From assembly GCA_040954595.2 (NCBI GenBank), contig CM082587.2, positions 1,765,000 through 1,828,999 of the forward strand: a stretch of DNA of 64,000 nucleotides. Reading direction: 5' to 3'. The stretch is from Balanoglossus misakiensis (lineage: Eukaryota; Animalia; Hemichordata). Every line of letters begins with the position of its first letter. The stretch's first letter is position 1. Under the pieces are notes generated by a model. It saw only the letters and a list, made by a program, of their open reading frames with translations, was not told where the DNA came from and did not search any database. Positions 10,432-40,928 of the stretch are shown here, piece by piece. Made by a program: the position numbers and the translations under genes.

Positions 10432-12953
10432 GTCAAATGGTTGTGCATTTTATTTGCCATTCCACAAGACAAGGTACTCTTCTGGGTCCTGTTACCAAAG
10501 CAACAACTCAACTAAATGTGAGACACAATCTCATAGTTGTTGACTGAATAATAGGGTGCTTTCAGTGAAGAACGCCCTCAGTGTTCACAAAGAGGCGCAA
10601 GTATGCTCTCACAGACTGCCTTTTTGTCGTTATGAGACTTGTGTGTGTCTCAAGGTTTGATAATCTGTATATAATGGTTTCACATCAGTGAATCTGCCTT
10701 ATCAAAATACCACACATGGTGTCGATAAACGACTACACTGGATGAAATGATGTCAAGTGTGGCCACCCCTATATACTGAAGGACAACACACAATATGAGT
10801 TATCATACGCTGTGGAAAAATATGGCAATAGTGCACGAGACTCAAACAAAATATGGTCTTCATAATTATTGTGCTGAGCAAAGTGCATTGAATGCTCATG
10901 GGTTAAGTGCCCTAGGCTTGAAAGAGTGTTCATTGTACCACGATCATGAAAACGAACAAGTCCAGGCAGTTTTTTTTCTCTTATGAAAATACTCGTTTAT
11001 TCCAAAATCACTTAGCTTTACACTGAGTAAAGGGTAATTGATGTACATCAAAATAAATAAACATGATGGTGATGATGATGTCCACATTCTATAATGCCAT
11101 TGGGAAAAGACATTGTTCCACTATCTATAATAACATCCAGATATGAAATTGTCTGTAGTGTATTAACCTCTATGTAAAAGTTGTGTTAAACAAGTGTGAA
11201 AGTACACACACTCCGTCATCCAAATTGAAAAATCTGAATTTTGATGATAGTCTGGAATATACATAATATAACACAGCTTTCAATGTTACAGACACAAGAA
11301 AAGTTAAAAGTAAAAATTTGAAATTTATTGTAATTATCTCCCAGGCTTAAAACTATATAACCCCCTCATCATATGCTGTAGTGAATTGATCCAGCTTTGA
11401 AATGCCATGAACTGGATGATACCATTGGTTATTTTAGGGGATGCGCTGTGAAAGTTTCCCAACAAGAGTTTGACAAAAATGAGATGTCTTTCTCGATTTT
11501 TCAAGTTTCCGTCTACTGTACAGTGGAGAGACTAAGATACTCAAAATGGTATATACAATGGGAAGAAATTGGTTCTTGTGATACTGGCAATGGCTAATGA
11601 AATATTGATAAGATTACACAACTGAATATCAGTCCAAGTTAACGTTTGTCTGGTTGCCAGTTTTTAGAAATGGATATCAACAAACCCATTCCACAGAGGA
11701 AATGCTGTGAAAATGAAAATGACAGCTTGGACTTACTCTTCCCATTAACACTCGTGGAAAAGCTGTGTAAATGATACAAGTGGCGTTCGAAGGGCGAAAA
11801 GGGAATTGGTGCGGACACTAGTACAATTTACATGTAATCCAAGGTATGTGACAGCGAATGTACAATGTTCAGATTTTATTTTTGGCTGTAGAGACACCTT
11901 TCCACCACCAGTGTTGTTCCATCTTTACCATTCAAACCAATGATTTGACTGAACTGTTATGGTGAAAGGGATGTTATTGCATCGTTGTGTCCTGTGTATT
12001 TACACCCAGTGGAGCAATCCTGATTGAGAGTCAGTCCAACTAGGGCACACTGCAGACTATGAATTTCATAGAGGGACTGAGCCGAGTCCATACGGCCCTT
12101 TTTAATAATAAATACATGATTGTATAATTTTGCTCTTCCAAAGCAGAATTAATAACAAATTTAATTTTTAGTCACTGTACATGTGAACAAATTCTTCTTG
12201 AGTTGTGTATTTGTACAGCGATCACATGCAAATTGGATAAAAAGCACCATATCTTGAAATCAGTCCAATTACAAATGTCATGTTCTCCATGATTCAGTCA
12301 CTTCTCAATGGTTCACATTCTATGGTAAAGTTAGACCTTTTGAAGTGTGAAAGAGTAATGTATGTCAACGGTGCCTAAGCAAATTCGAGTGGAAAAGTGA
12401 ACAAGACAGAAAATGATTGATGTGCTCAATTTGACCATTCAGAATACAGCACTTTAACAATTTGCATAGTAAGCATAACCAGGTGCCCATGCATGTTATG
12501 TGTCAATACATCAATATTTTTAACTTAATGCAGACATAAAACAGATTGTACTAGTAGATGAATAGCATGTAAAATTTAATTAACACAAATTTTGACAGTT
12601 CTTGAAATTGAGCTCTGCTGTATGCATGGCTACCACCATCCCACCCTAATTCTGAAATGGGGAATTCATTAACAATGGGAAGACTCAACTGTTTTGAAAG
12701 ACTGGGGGTGTCCGAGCCACTTGTGGGAGGGGTAAATACTATGTACATCAAATACAATCCAGGTACCCAATAATGAAAATATGTTAAAAAGAAAAAATTT
12801 GAAAGTGTGAGGAGTACACTTTTTCATTATTACACCTAACGTCAGCCTTTCCTGGGAGACATTAAAGTTAGAAAAGAAAAACACAGAAAATATGTTTGTT
12901 TTTGATAGTTGTCTTATTGTTGGGTTTGTACATGTTCGTATTACAGAGGCATG

Positions 12954-29909
<16,956 letters not shown>

Positions 29910-30144
29910 ATTTGCTATCGGGAGATCCCGGTGCACACACACTCCAACTTTTGTATGGTTTCACGATCGCCGATCGGATTGTTCGATCATGAAGCTCAAA
30001 TCGCCATCAAATTCTCAGAATGGTAAATTGTGTAAAATCCAGAGCTTTCCGGCAAAATAGCGATGTTATCCCCAAGTAAACTGGTCAGATATCGAGTGAC
30101 AACACTAGCAAACTCATCAAACCGTCAGTAGAAATTTTGATACT

Positions 30145-30239
30145 GTCACGTGATAAAGAATATTGACCAATCAAAAGTTATCTTTTATATGTACTTGTAG
30201 CATATGTTAAGAGTAGAATGATTGGGTAAGGTGACGTCA
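30145..30239. promoter_or_regulatory. Bidirectional promoter between PKN and HMCES: E-box, two opposed CCAAT boxes, CRE
   Basis: Start codons are 660 bp apart and head-to-head. GTCACGTGA 30145-30153, CCAAT 30167-30171, ATTGG 30221-30225, TGACGTCA 30232-30239. Confidence 0.6.
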
Positions 30240-30569
30240 TCTGTGACTTCCTTGTTGTCTTTTATTTATTTATTTTGTTTATATTTGTTTTTATCGCGCC
30301 TCACCAAATATTTTGAAAATCACGCATATTTACAGAATATTCCCAACTATTTGCAACAGAGAGTTGTCCCAGGCAGAAAATGTCAATTGCACTTCATTAG
30401 TATATTCAAAATGGCTGACTAGGCAGATTCATGTTGCTACAAGTCGGGTGTGTTTACTAAAAATAGAATCGTTGAATCACGGCAACGGAGGGTCGACAGA
30501 GAATAAAAGCAACAACACTACTCTGCTGGTGTCATTCAGACAAGAAGAGCTACAACGATAAGGATCAAA

Positions 30570-32324
30570 ATGTGTGGCAGAACAGCTTGGTAAGTACTAG
30601 TGCACCTGAAGTTGAAATATGATCATGACAGTGGTAAAACAAAACAAAAGTAAACATGCCCCGCCCACTTTATTACCAACTACGGTACGCAAATGAAACA
30701 ACACTAGTAAACTATCACTCCATAACATTATTTCAAGAACATGTCCTTTCTTCTTTTATCAGTACACTCAAACCAACAGATATCTGCAATGCGTGTGCAT
30801 ATAAAAACAAACAGGGGAAACGAACACGCCCCCAGTGGAGAGATGGAGGGGGAGGTGGTGGTACTGATGGCAGCTCAACTTCTGGAAAACAGTATCAGAC
30901 ATCATACAATGTGGGACCTCAATCATACACGTGAGTTATCTGCTAAAAAAGTTTGCACTCTAGTACGTCAAATAAAATGAAGAATGTACCAAGTTTGCAT
31001 ATTTTTCGTCCAACTATTTGAAGTTCATGATATCATGTTTGTTTTTGCCACCAGACCAATCATGGTTTCTAAGGCTACACTTGATGAAGGCAGCAAAGCT
31101 GTAGAAACTGAAGGGGAAGAGAGAGTGATCACTCCTATGAGATGGGGACTTGTTCCATCCTGGCTCAAAGGCAGCCCCAACAAGTTTAGTTACAGAACCA
31201 TCAATTGCAGAGATGACAGCCTCAAAGAGAAAGCTATCTTCAAAAGACCTCTGGAGAGAGGCAGAAGATGTGTAGTATTGGCTGATGGGTAAGGAAGTGT
31301 TGTATACTTTTCCCCACAACAGCAGAACTGAAAAGCCAACCAATTTTTCTGTCAGATAAAACCTGAACACTACTACAGTGTCTCATAGAAATCATGCGCT
31401 GAAGATGTTGTGTTTGTGGTACAAAATAAATACATGATCTCTTCATACCATTCCTCATTTTGCAGTTTCTATGAATGGAAGAAAACCAAGGATGGCAAGA
31501 AGCAACCCTACTTCATCTACGTTCCCCAGGACACAAATTGGTCGGAAGAGGCTCAGGAAGAGAAGAACTACGATGCGGATGGTAACTGGACTGGAAGACG
31601 AGTCTTGAAGATGGCTGGAATTTATGACATACTGAGACCAAAGAATGAGGGTGAGGAACCCCTGTACACTTACACCGTCATTACAGTGTCCGCATCACCT
31701 GAGTTGTCATGGTTACACGATCGCATGCCAGCCATATTGGAGAATGACGAGGCCATCCGCGACTGGTTAGATTCCGGCACCATCCCGGCCAACAAGGCAG
31801 TTGACCTCATCAAGCCAACAGGCAAAGTACAGTGGCATCCAGTGTCAATGGTTGTCAACAGTGTCCGGAACAAAGAACCAGAATGCATCGTGCCAGTTGA
31901 TTTAGAGTAAGTGTTACTTCAGCCATTATTTTGTGATGAGACGTCATGCATTGTATTTTGAAGTGATGCCACACCCATTGGTGAGGGTACAATGTTTCCA
32001 TCCTGTTAAAGTTGATCTAATGTACTTTCGTTAATGCAATACAGCAAGAAGTTAGATGCTGCAGTTTGCTAGCTATGATCTAACAATATTTTGTTTCACT
32101 TCTGCAGCAAGCCAAAACCAGAAAGTAAATTGATGTCAGCATGGCTGGCAAAAGGAAGCAAAAGTGCTCCCAAAGAAGAAAAGTCCAGCAAGACCAGTCC
32201 GAAGAAAAAGAAACCAACTCAGAACTTGCTGACTTCTTGGGTGAAAAGAGAAAGTCCAAGAAAACAAAAGATGAAAGAAGAGGCAGAGGGAAGTCCATCA
32301 CCAAAGAAGATCAAGACTTCTTGA
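30570..32324 (+). CDS. HMCES: Abasic site processing protein HMCES (SRAP domain), 5 coding exons
   Basis: MCGRTAC N-terminus with catalytic Cys2; MRWGLVPSW, INCR, RRCVVLADGFYEW, KQPYFI, LHDRMPAIL motifs; basic C-tail with QNLLTSWV PIP-like motif. Exons ~30570-30589, 30763-30930, 31054-31288, 31466-31906, 32108-32324. Confidence 0.96.
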
Positions 32325-33097
32325 AGTATGTGAACAGAATGAGTAACTGTAGGCAAGAGTGCAAAGTTGGACTTCAGTTGAAGTCCATGAAAGGTGGAAA
32401 TGAGTGTGTTCTGGTGAAGTGCAACATTCCGCAGTGCCTGTGTTGAAGGACTGCATTTTAGGGCCGTCTGTAGAATTGAGAGAACATCAGAACTAGAAGT
32501 TGTCAGTTGTGTTGAGAAGTATTGATCAAACATTTGCACATGACTTGTTTAGGTTAATTCTGTGTAATCCACATGTCCAAGCAAAGCAAAAGACCAATCA
32601 AAAATTATTTATTGTTTAGAAATGTTTATTACCTCAAGTACTGTTATATTTTTACAAATAAACATTTATGTTCTTCACTCTGTGATTTTATGTACTCTGT
32701 TTTTCCCTCATGAGTGTCCTGTTGATGGGCTTGTGGCTCTTCCCAACAGTTATACTCAACAAAATTTCAGTTTTTTGAGGGAACACATCATGAACATAAA
32801 CTGTCTTTCACATCTGGAGAATGACTATATTGACTTTAAATGCATACACCACTGTCAACTGAATCAGCTTTGCAATGACATATAAAATACTGTATCAAAA
32901 TAATTTCATAGCAAAATTGAATTGGACAATAGCAGCAAGTAACTAAGACTATACATGCCTGGACTTCAACAGTCTTCATGGAATTATTGCACACTAAAAT
33001 ACTTTTACAATTACATTTTCCAGAAAAAAAAGATCTTGTTTTTGAATCACACATTCAGTTTTGACATTCTCCTCCACAGGTTCTCGCCAACTGCACT

Positions 33098-36000
33098 CTA
33101 CTCTTTGTCACCTTTTTCTTTGAGTTTCTTGTACTTGAGTTCAATGAACTTCTTCTGATGTTTGAGTTGAGGGAATCGATCTGGAAATGTGACAGGAAAT
33201 GTACATAATTACTGGTGCGATCATCCAACGTATTCAAATTGTCCAGTGACTGTACAGAAAAAAGTTATAATCAAGTCTACAGAAGATTATATACTTAGAT
33301 GACGATAGTGGTCTTCATTTTGTCTCTTTACCTGTGTTGACATAATCTGACTTCTTTCAGACTTGAGATTTGTAGCTGAAATCTATACTTACATGAGTCC
33401 AGGGCATTCTTTGCAGCTATCATCTCTGCTTGTTGTACACTGAGTGAGTGAACAGAAATATTGTCAGTTTGCTAACTTGATATGAGAAGTGCTTACTCCA
33501 TGTTCAACTAATTTCTGATTCTAATGTAGTTTCATACTGTGAGACAAATCTTACCTTGACCATGATCCACTTGCTAGTCTATCCCCTTGGAAGTAGACTG
33601 CAACTGTGTATTTTCTGGAGTGAGACGGTCCCACCTGATTGACAATCCTGTCGACAATCAGTCAATAATGGAGGGTCAACAATGCAGGGTCATATATATA
33701 AGTATCAATACTGGCAGTCGATAATTGGAGCTGATAGTGGTGGTCAATAACAGTAGTCAATAATGCAGGTCAATAATGAGAGGCGATACTGCCAATCATA
33801 AATGGTAGTCAATATTTATGACCCTAAGGCGTTCCATTCATTCAGGATCAACAGCTCTGATAGGTCACCATGTTTGGATTTTAAGTTTGAAGAAATTGGG
33901 AGTCTTACTTGTAAATAGGTATATCAGGTTCTTTCCCTTCAGTACGCAGAGTTAAGCAACATTGCTGTAACTGAGATTTGGGATCGTTCCAGTCTTGATT
34001 GACAATGAAGTCCTGAAATGAACAAGAATAGTGTTTATTTCCAGTGCACATTTAGGCAGTGTAAAGTTGAATGACCATGAAATCTGGTGTGTGCTGCAGT
34101 GTTATGCAGCACTGCCTCTTGGGGAATACTGTAAGAAAAAGTTGATGCTCAAAGCGAAGAAAATGTAGAGAATGCTTGTTGTTCTTACCCGCAATCTTGG
34201 GAAGAAACAAACTTCACAGAAGACTCTCACCCAATCCAGGTTCTTATCAACATAAAGAGCACCCAGAAAAGCTGGAAATGAAGATGATGGTATTTGTGTG
34301 TCATTTCTCTAGTCGTTCACTGGAATAGTCCGAAGCAAATGGAATAAGCATCAAATTTTACATCAATTCATGTCCCTACCTTCCAACAAATCTGCTAATA
34401 CTTTCACCCGTAGAGCTGGTTTGTCCTTCTCCCTGTTTCTGTTAAAATTGATGATAAATTCTTCCATTCCGAGGTCACTGGCTACAGTGGCCTGGGTGCG
34501 ATTGTTGACTAAGGAACTCCTCAAAAGCTGCAATGATAGAGTCAAAACTCCAGCTTGAAGACTACATTATTTTGGACTTAGATCACACTGCTTTGTGGAA
34601 AAGAATTTTATGAATCCACTTCCAAAGGAAATGGCATGATTTTCATTTTAAAGACACAGTTTCTGAAATACTCACAGACAGGTGGCCTTCATGATGGTCT
34701 GGAAAATGTTTAAAGAGATATTCAGATGCCACAAGCTGCATTGCTGAGTCTCCCAAGAATTCCAGTCTCTGATTGTGTCCTCTGAAATAAATTAAGGCTT
34801 GAGATTTATATCATTCAATAGTCTAGTGATAAAATAATATTACACATCATTGAGTCTTTGATTGCATTTTGGTTATTTGGTGAAGTATAGTGACTATAGC
34901 CTGTATTTGTGTTATAGTGACATTTCTGTGATCAGTCAGCTGGAATATTCAACTTTTTGGCCTTGTTTTCTATAAGCAGTTGTAACTTACAGTGTGAGAT
35001 TTGTGTATCCGACAGTTCTCTGTGTAAATGATCTTGCCAGAAGACGGATATGATTGAATTCTATTCCAGTGGTATCCTCAAACTGTTTCAGTTTCTGTGA
35101 ACGAATGAATGAATCAATCAAACAAGCAGTTTAGCTTCCTTCACTTGGTCAACACTTTGTTCATTTAGAACGAGAAAATAGTTTTGAAATCTGTGAAGGG
35201 ACACCAACCAGGAGAACGGGTGAAGAGTCTATCAGATGTCTGTCTCCTCCAGGTTCTTGATCCTGAAAAGGAAAAAATACCCATCCATTACTAACGATGA
35301 ACTGTATGAACTGCACCTTTACAAAGGAACTGCAAGAATATAGGGTTGTTCACAAAATCCAGTTATATGATATGCCCATATCTGTCAAGTAGGTGAGGCA
35401 TGTAAGAATACCTGTAAGGGGTGCTTTGGGTGCTGTACCCAGATACTCTGCAAGTCAGGTTCACTGAACAACAGCTTGCAGAAAATCTCTTTCACTTTCT
35501 CTTGTCCAGCTTCAATGTAGAGGGCGCCCATCACAGCTTCAAAGCAGTTGGCCATTGCATGTCTAAGATCAGCAGTGTGGCACAGATCAGGCCCATGGGC
35601 GTACAACATATAGTGATCCAAATCCAGTTTCTGCATGGGAAATGATAATCATACATTAGGGATTCAATACAAATGTACTCTACAGAGAGTATGCAGTTAC
35701 ATACATGTACAAAATGGACACCGTAATAATAGCCATGGTTTTCAAAACAGTGGATGAGCTCACCTTTGCTAGAACAGCCAGATGTTGGTTCTGCACCAAG
35801 GCCATTCTGTATGTTGCCAGTCCTCCCTCCTCAAGGTGTGGAAACAGGAAATATAGATGACAGCTGCAAGAGGAATAACATGATTTTCTATTTTTGTCAA
35901 CATTTATTTGGATAGTCATACTTGACACATAATGGTGTCATACAATACTTTTCAGATGCTCATTCCATTTCAGGCGGTAGAACAAAATTACCTTATGGTA

Positions 36001-39000
36001 AATTCCAGGACAGCATCACCAAGAAACTCTAGTCTCTCATTGTGTTGTATTCTAGATTTGATTTCATCTTCACTGGCCATACGAGACATGATGTTGATCA
36101 AAGTATTGATACCTGGTAGAAAGAAAGAAACAAAAGTAGAATTTGTCAATATCATCATGAGTTCTCACCTCATGTGCATCAAGTGATACATATGGCCCTA
36201 TTCAAGAATATAAAGACTCATATTGCCAGCTAAACTAACCTTTCTTTCTGGTGTGTTCATGATGGATCCTCCTGTCTCCGTATTCCGGCTGCCTAACTCC
36301 GCAATTGGACAGGGAATTCCTCACATGATCCGGATTCATTCCAAAGTTCAAGTGGTGGGATGGATGGGTCATGGCAAGCTGTCATATTTTTGGGGAAAAA
36401 TAGGGAAGAGAACTGAGTAAACCAAGAATATCCTTACCAGTAGTTTGTGTGAAGTTATCTGTGAATTTACCTGTGGCATACAAAGATTCCAACCAACACA
36501 TTGGGAGATTTCGGACAGCACTCACCTTGAATAATGCTCTATCTTTGAATGTGTAACCTAGCTTCTTATCCAAAGTGTGCAAGCAGGCAAAATATCTAAG
36601 ATGGTGAACTAAGACTGGTAACATCATCGCATGCTGACTGACATCAGCTCGTATCCCAGTTCGTATCATTCCCTGACTGCTGAGTTCGACCGTCACCTCT
36701 CTCTTCATGTTCCCTCTGCTGCGTAGTTTCTGCAGCTGTTCTTCCTTCTCCATGAGTTTCTGTCGGTCTTCGTAAGTCACTTTGGGTCGGTTTGCCATCA
36801 GATGTCGCATCTTCAGATAAGCCTTGAACAGTTTCTGGTAACTGAAATTTGCAAAGTTGTCATGGCATGGGTCAGGTGTATGAAGTACATGTAGAGCTTG
36901 CGTTAGGATAAGTGTCCAGTGGGGGAATGTCCAGCAGGGTAACTGTCCTAGGACCAGTGATGTGAAGTGGCCTTAGCCAAAAGAGATCTCTACAGATAAT
37001 TACACCCACATACCACATATATACATGGACCTACCCAGGATCCCCTGCATAGCTTAGCTGTGCAGGTCTTGTACCAAAATGTACAATGACAGGATAGTTG
37101 ATGACATCATTTCTGCTCTGTTCTCTGTCTAGCTGATCAATACGCACAGACGATGGTTTCTGAAATGGGTACAAATCACGAATTATGGCATCTGCTTTTC
37201 TTGAAAATGAGGTACTAACAGAAGTGGTTCACAATGGTCGTAGAGGTGAACCAATATACAATTGGGATAGCTAGCAAAAACAACCATACCTTGCCTGGAT
37301 AGGACACAATCATGTTTTTGGTTTCGTCTGCCACTTTCTCCCAATCCAGCTCATCCATCTGCAACATGGCCGCCAACTCACTATCCTCAACCAATGGCCT
37401 GTTGTTCTTCAACAAGTACAGCAGCACTTGGTGCATGGACAGCACTTCCTTGCCGTTGTCCGGCAGACTACGGACAAATCTTGGCATGAAGTAGAACGGT
37501 CGGCAGCCATTTTGATCTGCAGAGCCCATCAAGAATGGAGAGATGAAAGAAAGGCAGAGTTGAAGGTGTTTATTTATTCTTAACAGTGAAGCACTTTTAT
37601 TTGTCTGACCAGCAAAACAAATAGCGACAAGTCATGCATGTGACAATACTTACCTTTCAGGTCAAAATCGAAGAGTTCCAAAATTTCTTCAAAGAGGAAA
37701 TCGTCAAACAAGCTTAGACCTTCAACGCAGAAATGCTACAATGTAGGAATTAAATAATCTGTTAAACATATGCAACAATGATGCGCACAGAATACTTCAA
37801 CATACATAAAAACGGAAATTTGTCTTTTAACAATATACACAAAATTCGTACCTCGGGCATTGGCTCCTTCAGGAACAAGATGGTGTACTCTATATTGAAT
37901 CTAATCACACTGCATTCTGGGAAACCATCCAGAGGGTAGTGGGAAAACATCGAGAATCCTTCAAAGATGTATTCGTGGTCATCATACTCAATAACCGTTG
38001 GCCTGTCACTCTGAAAAAAATCAAATCCCAAGGAATCATTAATCCCTTCACCCCAACGCATGCTGGAATTACCCTAAAATGTGGAAACAAAGTACAAACT
38101 TACCAGGAAGTTGGTGCCTGGTGATACTGTGACTCTATAGTGATGCAATCTACCAGCGTTGTTTGTGAGTGGATCTAACTGTCGAAGGCTGTCCTCCCCT
38201 GGGTAGATATTGTGACGGATGCCAGTCTGTCTGGCCCGGTAGCTACATTTGCATAATGGTCCATCATTCATCTACAAATAATAAAGACAACTGATTGGAA
38301 CTGAAACAAAATCATGTCAAAATTCCAAATGAAAAAACACTTAAACTAAAAATACACCTCACCTCTCCTGGATCATTAAACCATAACTCTTCGTGTAGTC
38401 TGAGAGGGTGTTTTTTCTTTCGTCTCATTTCATTCATTTGTTCAAAAGTTTCGGCGTCTGATTCAGAGTCATTATCACTGTCACTGCTGCTGCTTTCACT
38501 GTCAGAGATGTGCACTTCCACTGAAATCACAAAAAATAACACCATTTTCTTATATTTTTCAGCTAAGCATACTAATGTTATCAGTCAATAATTTCACAAA
38601 CTGCTATCCTTGAATAAAATTCCCACATCACTCCCCATGATTGGTCTCACCTTTGTGGGCACATTTCTCCTCTCTGTAGTCTGGAATTCTCTTCTTCAGC
38701 TCTTCACGACATCGTTTTCCTCTCTCTACAAGATTGTGTCTCACTCGAGCATACAAATCTCGTAACTTACTTGTACCAGCTACTGTCGAGTCATGCTACA
38801 AAACAAACACATATCAAAGTTTGAGATTTGCTAATAAAAAAGTTAAAAGATGTGTCAGTAATGACACCTGTCAGGGGGTCAAAGGTGAGAGGTTATTACC
38901 TTTTGATCCATAGGATCTTTAGAATAGTACTGATCTGTTGGAGTACATCTGATCCAATGAGGTGTCTTGTCATCTGCATCTTCTTTTGTCTCCTTGGAGA

Positions 39001-40518
39001 CGAGAGACGGTGAAGCAGTCAACAGGGTCTTTGCTGGTTTAGCCTTCGTCTTCTCTTTGATATCTCTCTCAAGGTGACTTCTTGACCTTTTCGGTGACAT
39101 GTCACTGAAGAGATGTGGGGATTGAATATTTTATTCATCACTGTTTTGTGGAGTTATGTGTATATACATTATTAAATATTTACATCAACATCACACAAAA
39201 ACCTTTGAAATCTTACCTTTTTCTATGGTCATGTTCATGGCCTCTTTTCCTTTCTGTTCTTTTCTTTTCATCGTGGCTTTCTCCTCTGTGTTCCCTGTAT
39301 CTACTTTCTCTCTCTCTCGATCTATACACGGGCAGGGGCAGAAAACAGCAAAGACAATTTAGGAATATCTCAAATATCTGGATAGCAAACTAGTCAATTT
39401 TGTGGACTTTATCAAGACTTTGATCATGGCTGCTAATGAAAATAGCGATCTCACCTATCAGCTGAACTGTGTGAGTGTCTTTTTCTGTGCCCTCCATCAT
39501 CCTGACTTCTGGGAGGTCTCCTATCATCTTCTCTGTGGCTGTGTCTACTATCAGATCTTCTTTCTCTTTCCCGGTGATGCTCGTGGTGGCCGACTTTATC
39601 GCGGTGGTGCCGGTCTCCAACTGAGTGGTGTCTGTACTCTTCTCTGCTGTGGGAGGATCTAGGTGAGTCGTGTCTATGGCGGTGGTGGTCCTTCCGCCCA
39701 TCTGAGCGTGGCACAGGGCTTTGCACTTTCCTGTGTCTGTACTGTGGGTCAGAGCCTGACCTTTCTCTATGGCTATGGTGCTCCTGTGGACTGTGGGCTA
39801 CAGCTCCATGGTGGCCACTTCCTGCTTGTGCTTGAAGAGCACTGTGGAAATTCTGAGGTGCACCTCCTTGTACTGGCATTTGTGGGGGCAACACAGGGCT
39901 ATTGCCAGGCATCACCATTGGGCTGTTCCCCCGCGCCAGCATCGGATTATTTCCAAAGGGTCCGGCAGTTCCCGGGATCTGCAGTGGGATTCCTGGCATG
40001 GCCCCTTGGTTGAACAAAGCACTCTGGTTGAACATGGCCGGGGTTGGTAAGAGGCCAGGATTCAGGTTCTGCTGAAATGGCAATCTGGTCATGGCTGGCT
40101 GGGGAAAGTTTGGTAAGAACTGTTGATGAGCCCATGCTGTGTTTGCTAACTGCAAGAAAGATTTTTTTTCACAGTTAGAATTAGATCAAGAATTAAATGA
40201 CCAGTACATGTATCATTTGGTTGTTAGCCCTGGTAGGTTGATTGGGACAACCTGGCTCTGCGTGGCGGGGTTGTGTGGCTTACGGCGATCGCCAAAGACA
40301 CACAGTCCAGAGCTAGATCTCACGGCGATCGTCGAAGACGCACATCCCTGCAGAGCTATCATATACCAAAACATGAAGGTGTACATTACCTGGCTTTGGA
40401 CTTGCGGAAAACTCGGTCTACCCCCGGCGACATGTGGTATTTGGCCAATCCCGGGTCTAATAAATGTTCTTTGGTGCCCGCCTACGGGTCTTCCTTGCCA
40501 GTTATTTCCTCGATTCAT
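33098..40518 (-). CDS. DROSHA: Ribonuclease 3 Drosha (~25 coding exons)
   Basis: Pro-rich and RS/H-rich N-terminus; [22 protein letters not shown]; [17 protein letters not shown]; RIIIa [12 protein letters not shown] and [10 protein letters not shown]; RIIIb [11 protein letters not shown] and ADLLE; ds[17 protein letters not shown]...QQAEM; last exon [13 protein letters not shown]...DKE-TAG (stop at 33100-33098). Confidence 0.97.
33660..33815. repeat. Degenerate ~14-nt minisatellite (GTCAATAATG core) in a DROSHA intron
   Basis: Repeated gtcaataat/gtcaacaat/gtcgataat units spaced about 14-15 nt apart. Confidence 0.7.
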
Positions 40519-40928
40519 CTCCGATCATTTAGATTTTGTAAAACACTTAAAAATACGACAATCTGACCTCAATGTTATTATTTATATACTGCAAGGGGGC
40601 AGCCATTATTACTGATGGATGCTGGGATAGCAACGCCATCTTCGGCCAAAAGTGTTCGTACATTTGTTTTTTATTTTTACTTTTGTTTTTATTTTCAGGT
40701 GTACAGGTCGACGGGTACTGCCACTGGACTTACCACAATCTGGCGGTGAGTGCCGAGGGTTATGTCAAGTTTAATTGTGTTCTTCAATTTTATTAACCAA
40801 TATAAAAACATACAGAACAACAATCAGAGTACTCAGTTCCACTACATGCCATCTATGTAAGTTCGTCGTGTAAATATTTCGGAATCACAGCTGCATAATC
40901 GGGATGCCTGGCCTTCGACACGGTGTCA

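Noticed and set aside
33055-33237. ORF-track 60-aa frame as the DROSHA C-terminus
   Set aside because: Splice phase and homology ([13 protein letters not shown]) indicate another frame ending at 33098.
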